This document shows, piece after piece, positions 1 through 13,741 of a DNA stretch of 64,000 bases. The DNA is from Octopus vulgaris (taxonomy: Eukaryota): NCBI GenBank assembly GCA_951406725.2, contig OX597819.1, positions 21,266,001-21,330,000 on the forward strand, in the 5' to 3' direction. Each line of letters starts with the position of its first letter. Positions within the stretch are counted from its first letter, which is position 1. A model generated the notes under the pieces. It was not told the DNA's origin, did not search any database, and was given only the letters and a program-made list of their open reading frames with translations. The position numbers and the translations under genes are program-made.

Positions 1-87
1 TATTTTCAGCTGATCGATACTATAGGGTGGGCATGTAATATTTCTGGGAATCGATCATTCGGCCCGCTATAGCATCCAACTTGATAC

Positions 88-141
<54 letters not shown>

Positions 142-196
142 TAATAATAATAATAATAATGATAATAATAATGATAATAATAATAATAATGATGAT
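88..196. repeat. (AAT)n/(GAT) microsatellite
   Basis: Direct read of aat triplets with occasional gat. Confidence 0.95.
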
Positions 197-326
197 CAAA
201 AAAGTATTATCGCATTAACTATCGAAATTAGCAAGTCAATAATTAAGTAACTTTTATAACATATTTTGCATCGTAGTTCAAATCCTAATGGGGAGACATA
301 GATGCAGTTTAATATTCCCTGCTAAC

Positions 327-327
<1 letters not shown>

Positions 328-401
<74 letters not shown>
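328..401. repeat. (GTA)n microsatellite
   Basis: Perfect gta/tag triplet run. Confidence 0.95.
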
Positions 402-402
<1 letters not shown>

Positions 403-485
403 CTGACACCTTCGCACATCTCCAGCGTTAGACTTCTTGCATAGACAATATAATGATAATAATAATAATAATGATGGTCATCATC

Positions 486-521
<36 letters not shown>

Positions 522-526
522 GTTTT

Positions 527-1061
527 TAGTAAGAGAGCAGTGCATGCCATCAAAGTGATACAGGGGTAAAATATACGAAGCCCAGTATGCCCATCATGGC
601 TACCCGTCTGATAAGGGTACACCAGGCACATGCATCACAACCATATCAAAATAAAGAGCGCATGACCTTGCAGGTGGGGCCCAGTTAGAATTTTCTTCTG
701 GTCGAGTAACTCATCCCGCTCAAAAGGTTCCTGAATAATGATTGTTTAAGGATGTTGAACAAATCACCTATGTTTCCAATGGTGAATTATCCAAACATTC
801 AAGAATTCCTTTCAACACATAGCTATTATTCTCCTCTACTACTTCTGTTCGTGATCAGAGATGCACGTATCACTAGCCACTAAGGGACATGCTCAACCGG
901 TTAAGGTCAAACAGCTGACAGGCATATCTGTGGTATTGAGCAGAATATTTGCTATAGCCCATGTTTTATACCAAGACCAAAACAATGTACATGATAATAC
1001 TTCCAATCAGCTAAGATCAAATGCCACGAGGGCCACTGCCTGATACTGCATCAGGGCATTT
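527..1061. repeat. ~550-bp interspersed element, copy 1, flanked by (TTA)n
   Basis: agagagcagtgcatgccatcaaagtga...ctgcatcagggcattt; aligns with 1076-1633 apart from a short internal deletion near 645. Confidence 0.9.
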
Positions 1062-1075
1062 ATTATTATTATTAT

Positions 1076-1630
1076 TGAGTGAGAGAGCAGTGCATGCCAT
1101 CAAAGTGACACTGGGGTAAAATATACAAAGCCCAATATACCCATCATGACTACCCGTCTGATAAGGGTATACTAGGCACATGCATCACAACCATATGTAC
1201 GCGACATGGTGATCTCATATCATGATAAACAGCACATGACCTTGCAGGTGGGGCCCAGTTAGAATTTTCTTCAGGTTGAGTAGCCCATCCCGCTCAAAAG
1301 GTCCCTGAATAAGGGTTGTTTAAGGATGTTGAAAGAACCACCCATGTTTCCAGAGGTGAATTATTCAAACCCCCAACAATCCCTCTCAACACATGGCTAT
1401 GATGCTCCCCCACTACTTCTGCTCGTGATCAGAGATGCACATATCGTCAGCCACTAAGGGACATGCTCAACTGGTTAAGGTCAAACAACTGACAAGCAAA
1501 TCTGTGGTATTGAGCAGAATATTTGCTGTAGCCCATCTTTTATACCAAGACAAAACAATGTACATGATAACACTTCCAATCAGTTAAGATCAGAAGCCAT
1601 GAGAGCCACTGCCTGGTACTGCATCAGGGC

Positions 1631-1633
<3 letters not shown>
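1076..1633. repeat. ~550-bp interspersed element, copy 2 (longest), flanked by (TTA)n
   Basis: Same ends as copy 1; (TTA)n on both sides. Confidence 0.9.
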
Positions 1634-1685
<52 letters not shown>

Positions 1686-1687
<2 letters not shown>

Positions 1688-2076
1688 GGTGGTCGCATAT
1701 CAAGATAAACAGCGAATGGGCTTGCAGCGCGATCCAGTTGGAATTTTTTCCAGGTCGAGTAGCCCATCCCGCTCAAAATGTTCCTGAATAAGGGTTAATT
1801 AAGGAGATTGAATGAAACATCCAAGTTTCCAGGTGTTAATTATTCAAACTCCAAAGAATTCTTCTCAACACATGGCTAGGATGCTCCCCCACTACTTCTG
1901 CTCCTGGTCAGATATATACATTTCATCGGCCACGAAGGGACATGCTCAACTGGTTAAGGTCAAACAACTGACAAGAAAATTTTTGATATTGAGTAGAATA
2001 TTTGTTGTAGCCCAATGTACTTCCAATCAGTTAAGATGGGAAGCCAAAAGAGCGACTGCCTGGTACTGCATAAGGG

Positions 2077-2081
<5 letters not shown>
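1686..2081. repeat. ~550-bp interspersed element, copy 3 (left end missing), followed by long (TTA)n
   Basis: Starts at the equivalent of ~1206 in copy 2 and ends ...ggtactgcataagggtattt(att)n. Confidence 0.88.
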
Positions 2082-2162
<81 letters not shown>

Positions 2163-2804
2163 GTCTTTGCAAACATATTCCAGTAATAGTTCAGAGTTAA
2201 ATCTGCCAAGAATATAAATCTTCTTCCACGTAGAGTTAATTTTCGCTTCACGAAACAAATTGTTTATTAACCTTAAATTATTTATTCTCGGAATTGGAAT
2301 AAAAGCGAAACACTAAGATTCATTTCTATAATTGAAATTCCTAAGGCGTCATAGATAAGCTTGTAACAATTTAACATATAAAATTATATGTAATCACGAG
2401 CTGAAGATTTCAAAGGATTCCGCAGACTCTATTGACTCTATAAAGCAATTAGGAAATTATATAGATGCGGATGTTAACGACGATACAACGAAGAAATATC
2501 GAAATGCTATTTGTGTTTGGAAATGTTTATTCTGGTGCAGTTCTACGTCGGCATTGTCAGCACACTCTCATCTCTCTAAACAAGCATTCGAAGATGATGA
2601 GGAATGGAATCGGTTATCAGATAGCGATGCTCGTTGTTTGTTGTTGATTGTTTCAACGTAGGTATGTGTTTTGAAAGAGACCAACAAAACTGATTAGCTT
2701 CAAAGAACGTGTGTGTGCAAACACACACACACACAAACACACATATATATATACCTATACATACACACACAAACACACACACACAAACACACACACACAC
2801 ACAC

Positions 2805-2844
<40 letters not shown>

Positions 2845-5744
2845 AGACATATATATATATATGCATATATGTATATATATATGCCTGTTTCAGTATGTGT
2901 GTGCGTGTATATGTATACATATACGGATCTCTATATAGATATGTGTATACAGAGAAAGAAAAATAGCAGTTACATACATACATTCATACGTACATACATA
3001 AAGAGAATGAAAGACAGAGATTAAGAGAGAGTGTGAGAAAAAGGCATATCTGTTATTAATTTGAGATATTGTGGTTATTACAAAGAGCGGCGAATGCCAC
3101 GATTTTCATAGAGTTTCCTTTGACGCTGGCTTGGCCTAAAAGATAAACTTAAATCATGCCAAACATATTCATTATACGTACTTTGACACATCGCAGACAA
3201 CACAGTAGTGCGTATCATAGACATGCATGAACACACACACACACACACACACACACATTAGAATGTATTGTGTACTTTGATGATTTTGTCTACTCTTCCC
3301 TCTCCAGGTCATCTCTGATCGAAATGGTCAAGTAACATCTAGCCCTGACCCATCCTATTTCACAAACATGATATCTGAGTCTATTAAACATAATGTCTCT
3401 TCCCCTGTTGTGTAGCACACATCCAAGCTTGATCGAGCAGACTTCGTTAGGCTTTTCCGTCTTGGTCTATAGTATTCTAGAGACAGTCATGTTACCACTT
3501 CTGCAAGAGTACAGACAGTTTCCAGAAGCAAAGTTCCAATCCCTAAATATGCTCAACACATCTCCACACATATATATGTCCAAAATAAAAACAAGTCAAT
3601 ACCAACGTATCATAAATACAGCCGTAGCGGCTGCAAGATATTGGTTAAGTAAATCTGTCTTTATGGTCTTTGGGGGTTTACTCGCTTTTCTTTTGGGGTT
3701 TACTCGCTTAGCCTATTCTAAATTACACCCCGATGTAGCAGGGGATTATCATCAAAGTTTTAATCGTGCGTGCAAAACCATCTCCGCTCTCTCGTGCTGC
3801 AAATATGTAGTGACCTGGTGCAAAAACTTCCCCGAGCCCCCCAGCATTTTTCAGGGGCCAGAATTTCTAGGGAGTTACCTTCTCTTAGATGAACAGCTAA
3901 AGGGGTTAATGGTCTCATATGCCCTGCTTCCGTTGTGGTATATAGGAGTGACTGATTCCTGAGACTGTTAAAAAGGTCAAACCTGAGATCCTTCCAGAAT
4001 CTAATAATCCAGACCAGAGTGGACCGCGGATAGATAGTGTCTAAGAGGAGGTTTCATACTCCACAGATCGAACACTTCTGACCCGGGTCACCACAACCGA
4101 GTGCAGTTTGAAACCAGATTGAGCAGATCTAGGATCAAAGAACGCTGTGACAATTTTGACATTTTTTTATATCCCTAGTATTGTGTCACCCAAAGTGAGC
4201 TTCCTTATATAAGATCTTCTAAGGCAAGAGAAGGATTCGATTTCCACCCTTTTGTTTGTTCAAGTACAAGTATAAGAGGTTTTCACTTGAAATTTTACAC
4301 AATGTGTGCTTACATCAGAACCAATTGCGCACAATCAAATGTCAGGAATACACGACATTAATAACTAAGGCCTATGGGAGATGTTCCCTATGGTATAAGT
4401 TTACTATTCTCATCAGAGTTCCCGAAGGACTTCTAGATTATCCTGGCCGTCGAATATTCTACCGGATGAACTCAGCTCTTGTAGATCCTATAAATAAATA
4501 CTGTCTTCACTATACTCGTTTAGACTGACAGATGAGTGATGAGTGACATAAAAACAAATTCATTTGCAACTGAATCAGCATTTACCAATTCCACGAGATT
4601 AAAATGGATGGTTCAGAAAACTTGAAACTCCCTAGCTCCAGTTAACGAAATAGTGGCTTGATAATACCAGCATTTGTAAGACAAATTGGTCACGTTCAAA
4701 AATAGAACAAGGACGTCGGCAAACATTCTGGTTAGTCTTTAGACTGAGAATAACGTCATCCCTAACTCTCAGCCTTCTTGAAAGCTTAGTAAAGGTTCGT
4801 GGGTTCTGATCATAGTTACATGTTAAACCCAACCGATAACCTAGCAATCATGACGACAACATTCGACGACCGAAAGTGAAATAGCTTTATTTGAACACAG
4901 ACACACAAAGTAAGGAAGTGACAGGAAATGGACATTCATCTGAGAAGGCAATGCGTATTCCAGTTTTGGCTCAACTGAATAGCTTACAGATTGGATTGAA
5001 GCATAAGTGTCTCACACATTCCCACAGCAGTGACCCTATCGTTAAATTGAAGTAATTTCTGAAGGAAATAGTGAGTGTCAATGACGGATCTTTGTATTGC
5101 AAGCAAAATGCATCTGACGGGCATCCATAGTTTCTTTCAGGCAAACTCCATTCACAAGATTTCGGTCAAAGGAAGACAATGATTAACGACGACACATCCC
5201 AAGTAGAGATGCAATGGGATCGAAATCGAGAAATTGTTTGCGAAGCGATTTTCTTAACAACGCAACAATGCAACGTCCACATTTACACCAACAAACACCA
5301 CTACCACCACCACCACCACCACCACCGCCAACAACAACAACAACAACAGCTACCTGTAGCAGCAACAAAACTAATTATCAAATCAGACATTTTCAAAGAC
5401 TAAGTACACCTCGATCATATGTAAACACTCTTAGCATGATTACTAATGTAACTGAAATGTTTGTAAAATCTGCTTTTTAGCTCTGATAGGAGAAAGCGAC
5501 TCGGTTTGAGACTATTTTCGAAACGTGATTAACGGACGCGAAAAATAGATAAACAAATACATTCACTAACAGACCAAAACAAACCATAGAATTGGAAAAA
5601 TTACAATGAGATCCAATCAGCTTAATAGGTTTTAAAGTTTGCGGGACGGTATGAGTTAGCCTGGTTTTTTTCTATTCTTTCATATTCTCTCCCTCTCTCT
5701 TTCTCTCTCACATTTTCTTTCTTTCACTCTTCATCTCTTTCTCT

Positions 5745-5747
5745 GTG

Positions 5748-5782
<35 letters not shown>

Positions 5783-5921
5783 GAACACATTCATACACCT
5801 ACTCACATATGCATATGGATATATACAGAGAGAAACATACATAAAATAAACGAGGACACGAACACACATACATAGATATGCACACATACATATATACATA
5901 TATATACATATATATATACAC

Positions 5922-5952
<31 letters not shown>

Positions 5953-6055
5953 TACACATATATATATATACATATACATATATATATACACATATATATA
6001 TATACATATATATATACACATATATATATATACACATATATATACATATATACAC

Positions 6056-6132
<77 letters not shown>

Positions 6133-6260
6133 TATATACATATATATATACATATATATATATACGCATATATATATATAACGTTTGTGTGTACATACAT
6201 ATACATATATACTTACTTACATATCCTCACAGACACACATACATACATGCAAACATAAAT
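5745..6260. repeat. Compound (TA)n/(TACA)n microsatellite
   Basis: Direct read. Representative of similar tracts at ~2710-3000, 18586-18877, 21340-21975, 26310-26700, 29598-29900, 37820-38600, 41570-41840, 52130-52410, 54600-55130 and 62370-62610. Confidence 0.95.
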
Positions 6261-6565
6261 ACTTGCATACATACATATGCACACGCATTCATCTATTTCA
6301 GGCTATGCTCGAGTCATCTGCGACAGACGGTCAAACACCAGCTGTGTGTGCTGTGTCAATAAGCGATCTGTTTACACATAGTTACCTCTCTCTGCTCTCT
6401 GACACATCTATCTGGATAGCCATCACTCAAAGGTTCTATGTTATCGAATCGTTTTCGCTATGACAACGTTGTGTGTGCGGAAATACAAAGGAGTGGGTAG
6501 ATATATATTTGCTTTCTAACCAACATAAATACATAATAAAGATATGCATACACATTCACAAAAGT

Positions 6566-6607
<42 letters not shown>

Positions 6608-6637
6608 CACATCTATACACGTTATTGGCATATATTC

Positions 6638-6860
6638 TTTTATTCTTTTACTTGTTCTAGTCATTTGACGTCGGCCACGCTGGAGCACCACCTTAAATGG
6701 TGCTAGTCGAAGAAATCGATTCCAGGACTTATTCTCTATAAGCCTAGTAGTTATTCTATCGGTCTGTTATGATGAACCACTAGCTCACGGGGATATAGAC
6801 ACACCATCATCAGTGGTCAGGCGATGGTGGCGAGACAAACACAGACACACAAGCGCACAA
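6638..6860 (-). mobile_element. SINE family A, diverged 3' half
   Basis: ttttacttgttctagtcatttgacgtcggccacgctggagcacc matches the reverse complement of the family-A tail (cf. 60546-60952). Confidence 0.8.
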
Positions 6861-6971
6861 ATATAAGATATATATATATATACACACATTATATATATAT
6901 ATTATATATCATATATATATATATATATATATATGTCTGTACATATATATATACTATATATAATACATAAA

Positions 6972-7016
<45 letters not shown>

Positions 7017-7021
7017 TCATT

Positions 7022-7295
7022 ATATATATAATCAAAATAAGCAGCAGGATATTAAGCGGTTCCATTTTATTGAACAATGCAATCTTTACATCAATTTAAA
7101 TGCAAGGCTATCCTCAGCTGTATAAATAAATAAAAGTTTTACTCAATTGGACACATTAATATAATTTTACTCAATGCTCTAATAGAGCAAGAAGGCGGAA
7201 AGTGTCCATGTTGCCACTAATGTAGCTAAGAATATAATAAACATACAAGAATTGTATGAAGTTTGTTGGAGTCATAGCTGTAGAGGATTGTGGTT
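7022..7295. repeat. Interspersed repeat related to the 42310-42733 fold-back element
   Basis: tataatcaaaataagcagcaggatat...ttgaacaatgcaatc...acatcaatttaaatgca...tagctaagaata...gtcatag is colinear with 42310-42610. Confidence 0.7.
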
Positions 7296-8780
7296 TATTT
7301 TTAAGTTATTAGTCTTTTTATCAACTACCAAATCTAAGACTGTGTCTGTTTAGAATGGAGGGCAGGAGTGAGTTGATAGCAAGTAGCTGGGTATGGTTAT
7401 AAATATTGTCAAGATTTCTAGGATTAGTATAAAATAATTGTTTATAAAGAAGACTGGGTAGGAGAGGACCCCAAATCAAGATGTTAATTACCAGCTAAAG
7501 GGGCAAGACGTTAATAAAACCTATGATGTTAATAAAGAGGAAATTAACATGGGGTACTATGTGTTATGGTATACAAACAGTAGTGTTATAATGTATAAAA
7601 ATAAAATTTAAGATGATTAAAAATGACATTACAACCAAAATAGATAAAATAGATATATACCAATTTTTAACGTTAGAAAGCGAAGATTACATAGAATTAG
7701 TTTAATATTCATTCCCGTACTTAATTATTTACTTATCAGTTGGTTTCTATAAAGATTGCTCTAAGTATTTACTTATGCGATACTGAGGCGACAAAGCATA
7801 TCATCTATACATTAGTTATAAGCTAAGAATCAGAAGAAAAAAAACGGAAAAAATAAGTTGTGTAGAGATACACACTCATATTCAACTATGCGTACACATG
7901 CAAATATACACAAATATTTATACTTTATTATTGATGTTGGAATCAACTCTCATAGACTTAAGTAACTAGAAAGTATATATCTCTGTTTAAGAAGAGTAAC
8001 AATTTATAAGGGGGAAGAGGTTAATAGGTAAATATATCAAAATAAGAACAGAAAATAATCAGAAATTATAGAGAATAGTAAAAAAATATATATATAACTT
8101 ACATTTTAAAGAGACAGAGTATCAAAATTAAAATTTGAGGTTGAGAAGAGAGAAAGATTACCTCAAAGAACAAGCAATAGGTATGGTAGTAGAGAGGGCA
8201 GTTGGAGGTATTCAGACCGAAGGGGTATTCTATAAGTTATGAAGTTAACTTTGCTATTTACATACATGATTTTATAGTTCCACAGGTGTATATAATTAGG
8301 AGACTTACTTACATAAAAGCCATTAGAAAATATATAATACGATTAGAAGGGTAGAACATCATAGAAAGGAACAAATAGTTTAATCAGCAAAAATATAATG
8401 AAGTCAGACTTAACTAGGCAGCATTATTCATAGGATAATAACTACATGTAGCATACCACATATCATACCATATAGCTTATAACATACGCAATGCACTTTA
8501 ATTCATCATATTACTCAATATCCCATGATTATATTATATATAATACTAGGGGAAAAGTTCACATCAGATGGTACACTAAAAATGAATTTCCCTCATCCAG
8601 GTTCAAGTATAGCATATTTAAACGCTAATTTCGAAATGTTTATGTACGCAAGATACTCTTAGGTCTAATCTATTATTTATCAGGTTCCTCTTGTCCCTAT
8701 ACATAAAAATAAGTTTCCATCGAGCACAGCTCGCAGCCGTATCGACTATCTCCATAAGGCTGCGCTTTTCTTATTATATT

Positions 8781-8826
8781 CCAGTCTACCAGCGATACCG
8801 TGGTCACGCAATTTGTGACATATCAT
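8781..8826 (-). mobile_element. Inverted 5' segment of the same LINE
   Basis: Minus strand reads MICHKLRDHGIAGRL, the RT segment expected immediately upstream of the plus-strand part. Confidence 0.75.
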
Positions 8827-8910
8827 CTCAACTACAAAGCCAATTGTACGTCCTTATCTAGCAAGATTTGGGAACTGAAAGAAAGCGGAATCGAATTCAG
8901 CCTTAAATTT

Positions 8911-10010
8911 GCTGGGACTGCCTAAGGGGCAGAAGTCAGGCAGTCGCAGCAAATAGGGCTCTCTCTAAAGTGACACCAATCTTCAGTGAAGTCCCCCAGG
9001 AACAGTGCTACGTCCATTACTGCTTGTGGTTGCACTCTCGGACATGCCCTCAGCCATAGAGTCATCCACACACACCAGCTACGCCGATGATACACAAGAA
9101 TTACAGGCGGTCAAGGATCCTACTGACATCATAAGACTGCAGAATGACCTGAACACAATGATAAGCAGTTCCATGGCGCAAAATTCCAAGCACTCCGCTA
9201 TCAGCCTACAAACAAACTACGGCTGAAGTAGCCGGGGACCAGCAGGCAAAGTAATTCTAGAGTTAGAGTCGGTGCGTGACCTCGGAATCCTACTGAGCAA
9301 CGACGCAAATTTCCATGTGCACCTTGTTCGAATGGCAACTCTATGCAGGCGGGTGGCACGGTGGATCCTTAGATCCTTCAGCACCAGGAACGGAGACACA
9401 ATGCTTCTGTTATGGAGAACCGTTGCCCTCAGTCGTTTAGACTACTGCTCCCAACTGTGATCACCACAGAGTGTAAAACTAATTGCGGTAATAGAGCGAC
9501 CCAAAGCCACTTCCCAAAGAAGATAAACTCAATAAAATACATGGGCTAATGAGAGAGATTGAGGTAACTGGAGAGGAGAGGTGAGAGATACACAGTGCTA
9601 TACATGGGGGAAATAATGGAGGGTCCAGCTCCAAATTTCGGAATTGAAATCTACAACAATCCCCGAACTGGACGGCACTTCAGAGTACCAACAGTCCCAT
9701 CTTCTCCATCGAGGATACGAAGCCAATACTGTTATAGCTTGGGATTCAAGGGACCACAACGATTTAATGCCCTACCGCAGAACATCAGGGATCTGTAAGG
9801 TGTAGACATGGAAGTCTAGACATGGAAGTGTACAAAAAAAATCTGGACAGCTTTTTATCTGCAAATCAGGAAGAAGCCACACCGCGGCAGGAGGCACAAA
9901 TAAGAGCAACGACGTCCAATTCGCTACTTCTCCAGAAGCAATACTGAAAAAATCCGCGAATGCAGTAAAGTCGGTGCACCAGCATGGCTTCATCCCTAAC
10001 TGAAGCCCAT
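8911..10010 (+). mobile_element. CR1/Jockey-group LINE, decayed 3' part of ORF2 (reverse transcriptase)
   Basis: Frameshifted translation: LRGRSQAVAAN..VPQ/TVLRPLL..SDMP..SYADDT..RLQNDLN..VRDLGILLSND..RLDYCSQL*SP; YADD catalytic motif at ~9080. Confidence 0.9.
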
Positions 10011-10021
10011 AAAAGATAGAA

Positions 10022-10240
10022 TATTAGGTTGGTGCATAATTACTGCGGCTGTTTTTCAATGAATTTTATTCAACAAAAACTATAACAATATTTAACGAAA
10101 ACAATTTAAATGATTATTCCGACTGGTTGCCAAGCAAATGGGGAGCAGTAATTGAAGTTGATGGTTAATATGGTCCGAAATAATCACTTAAAGATATATT
10201 TAATAATTGTTGTTATTGCTTTGTTGAATAAAACGTGAAA
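10022..10240. mobile_element. Mariner-derived MITE-like remnant
   Basis: tattaggttggtgcataatt..gcgg resembles a mariner TIR; LPSKWGAVIEVDG resembles a mariner transposase C-terminus; internal inverted repeat ttttattcaacaaa / tttgttgaataaaa. Confidence 0.65.
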
Positions 10241-10286
10241 CTCTGAGTAACAGCTTTTGTTATATTTCTGCTGCTTTTAAAAAAAA

Positions 10287-10341
<55 letters not shown>

Positions 10342-11704
10342 CAAGCCTTAGATGCATATATGTACATCAAATGTGTATATAGATTCAGATGAAAGTTAAA
10401 GGGAAACTTGTTGCAAATGTTTGGGGAATGCAGGTAAATTTCCTAATCGCCCTTATAATGACTGTTTATGGCAATGATGATGATGAATATGACGGTGATG
10501 TTGATGATGATGGTGATGATGAGGATGATGACGGTGATATTGAAAACATTTTTAGTCATTATCGTGTTCATCTTCATCACCGTCTGCACCATAAGAAGAA
10601 AAGAAAATCCTCAATACCGTCACCACTGTTATTACTACTTCTGTTGACTTAATCAACGACATATTTTTAACGGCTTTTATATAAACGCGATCCGTTTAAA
10701 TTTGAATGTATGTCAATGAAACAACTATATTTTTATTAAGAGAGCTAACAAATATTTATCTTGGTTTAACTTACTGAAGAGAAACCTAAGATGTAATTAG
10801 TATATAAACGAAGTTAATTGAATATGAACGACTAACGCAATTATAAATTAAATTAGTAGAAATTAAGAACAGCAGAAGAGTTTTGAAAATTCTACGGATA
10901 CTCACAAGAAATTCTTTAGCAGAGTAAACACAATTTATTCATATTAGAACTGTCTTTTAAATAGGTTATCGGTAAATTGACAAGCAAGTCTTATTGTATA
11001 TAAGAATATAATAGGTAATTCTGTAGGCAAAAAATACCGAAGAAAATCATAGAAATCCAATATGTACAGCTTTTCTATTACTTTAATCAATAATTCATTA
11101 ATATATTCCTATTTTCTTCATTTATACAATTAATTCTGCTCCTGACTGATCTTTGCCAATCAAACCCAAGTTTAATATATATAATTTTTTTCGGACTATT
11201 CACTCAATAATATTTCATAAGTTTATTCCACTTTTATTTCAATTGCAGTAAGCATCTAAATTACACCAATTATAAATTTGCAGTCGTAATCATTTTAAGA
11301 GGAGGAAATTACAACCGTTATATATTTTAACGTCACAAATTCCTTGTTATGCCTCTGGATAGAAATCGCACCGGGGTCGTCTTACCCATTCATTTAACTG
11401 AGAACAGAATAACGTTAGTGCCAACCATGTTCTCAAATATTCCTTTCCCATATTTTCAGGACTTGTGTGCATGCCAGAAATAATTTCATTCAGTTGGCCG
11501 GACTGAATTGTAATAGCTTTAGACAACATGATTCGCGGTAGTGTTGCTGAGTACTTATTATGCTCTGAGTGAAAACGCTGACGAAGTCAGAGTTGCTCTT
11601 CGTGTTTTACTGGGTCGATAGAATAAAACACCAACAACTAACACTTCCTAAGAATTTACTTGATTCTGCTTAAACTGAATTAAATTTTCTGTATTTATTG
11701 TATG

Positions 11705-11925
11705 CTGGCAGAAACGATAGCATGCCGGGTGAAATGCGTAGCCGTATTTCGTCTGCCGTTACGTTGTGAGTTCAAATTCCGCCGAGGTCGACTTTGCCTT
11801 TCATCCTTTCAGGGTCGATAAATTAAGTACCAGTTACGCGCTGGGGTCGATGTAATCGACTTAATCCGTTTGTCTGTCCCTGTTTGTCCCCTCTGTGTTT
11901 AGCCCCTTGTGGGTAGTAAAGAAAC
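11705..11925 (+). mobile_element. SINE family B
   Basis: B-box-like gagttcaaattcc followed by ccgaggtcgactttgcctttcatcctttc.gggtcgataaattaagtaccag; repeated at 13742-14172 and 14505-14625, degenerate at 33550-33940 and 49585-49660. Confidence 0.85.
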
Positions 11926-12071
11926 ATATTTATTGTATGAATTTCTGCTAAAACAAATATTTTAATAAAGCACTTGCTCATGAAAATGAAATCAAAGAAT
12001 GATTATTTTAATCTCAAAATGAAGATAAATTACTACCAAATGCATGCATACACATACAAACGTATATATAA

Positions 12072-12130
<59 letters not shown>

Positions 12131-12926
12131 TGTGCGTGCGCGTGTATATATATATATATAATACGCATATGCGCACGCACAAACATACGCGTATAGGTGG
12201 AAAATGTGCGATTCAAATTGAATTATATATAGAAAATGCGCAGCACGTTTCTTCTAACCAGTTTCAGCTCCTTTAAGTATTTATAGATTAGGACAAATGT
12301 TTTTCAAACGTTCGTTTTCACAGTTCGTCGTTTCATAACAATTTTCCTGCTCACAAACACGTTAATTCTTGTGACTAATGATGAAACTTTTCACAGAAAC
12401 ATATTTATTAATAAATTTGTTTCCCTATTATGTTTTTCAGTTGAATTAGATCAATTATGCATCTAGTATATTATCAAAGTAGTATTATCATTTGTGCTCA
12501 TGTTGCTATATGTTGACTCATAGGAAGTTCTGTAAACTTAAGATTTCTCTCCGATATATCGTCATCTGATTGCATCTTGGGCATTCAGGGTGTCTAATGT
12601 TATTTTCCAAAACTAAATGTTATTAAACTTGTTAGTCTTAAACTTGTTTAGTATTAAACAACTCAAATTCTAAATTGTTAGTATTACGATTTATTTAAAA
12701 CCATATACAACACTTTGAAATCTTTCAAAAGCAATTTTCAAACATTAATGCTGCAAAATAGCGAAGACCAAATTGCAGGAATTACATATAATTGGCGAAA
12801 CTGTCACATTTCGTTTTGAATAAATTTTCAATGTAAATAGAATGTATATGTGTGTGTGTGTGTGTTTGTGAGTTTGTGTGTTTGTGTTTGTGTTTGTGCT
12901 TGTGTGTGTGTGTGTGTGTGTGTGTG

Positions 12927-12978
<52 letters not shown>

Positions 12979-13059
12979 CGTGCGTGCATGCCTTCGAGAA
13001 CTGCCTGACGATCACTCAACCACAAATATCTGGCCAGGTTTTGTTTCGATCAGCAATTC

Positions 13060-13725
13060 TTTATTTTTCTGTGCTTATGAAATTCTTTTGCCGAAATATT
13101 ATGATCACGGAGTACGCTCACGTCAATCAATAAACAGACTTTAATGATTTGATCTTTCACAACAATATCTGGATTTATTGCTTTGATACTCCGTTCTGTA
13201 CATACTGGAAAAATCCCAAAGAATCGTTAAATTTTACTCCCTCAGTTATAGCCTCAGGTGGGGTGCTTGTACGATTTGTCAGCAGTTTTGATTTCATAAT
13301 GCCAACACCTTATCCAGTGTTGATGTTGGTCAACTCTGTCATGTCTTGATTTGTACTCAACAGGTGCTAAAACCTTACAATCAGAGATTAGGTGGTCCCC
13401 TGTTTCTATACCATCGTTGCATTATTGGCACTTTGAGTCAACTCCATTTTTCATCACATTGGCTTGATAGTTCCGTGTCAATAAGCTCCGATGTTGAAAA
13501 GCCAAGATAAAGCCTTCACACTCTGCCTTTAGCACTGAGTTCCGTAACCACTGATGGGGGTGCTTCTGGTATGCATATTTTTTTTTTTACTACGGGCCAC
13601 ATATTTGCCATGCAGAGGTTCATGTTTCCACCTATCAGTCAATTGTTCAAAAGCATTTTGCTTTGGTATTGATTTCACCTTCTTTGAAACAACAGTTGCT
13701 GCACTTACTTCATGCTATCATTATC
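13060..13725 (-). mobile_element. R4/Dong-like non-LTR retrotransposon, zinc knuckle and restriction-like endonuclease region (decayed)
   Basis: Minus translation across frameshifts: WKHEPLHGKY..QWLRNSVLKAECEGFILAFQ..SKCQ*CNDGIETGDHLISDC..YKSRHDRV..PDIVVKD..CLLIDVS. Confidence 0.85.
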
Positions 13726-13741
13726 ATTATTATTTTTGATT

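Noticed and set aside
3393-3962. 189-aa ORF
   Set aside because: No recognisable motif; it overlaps sequence that looks like a LINE UTR remnant (ggagttaccttctcttagatg), which I could not assign confidently.
10389-10652. Acidic/His-rich 87-aa ORF
   Set aside because: Derived from degenerate (GAT)n and (CAT)n repeats.
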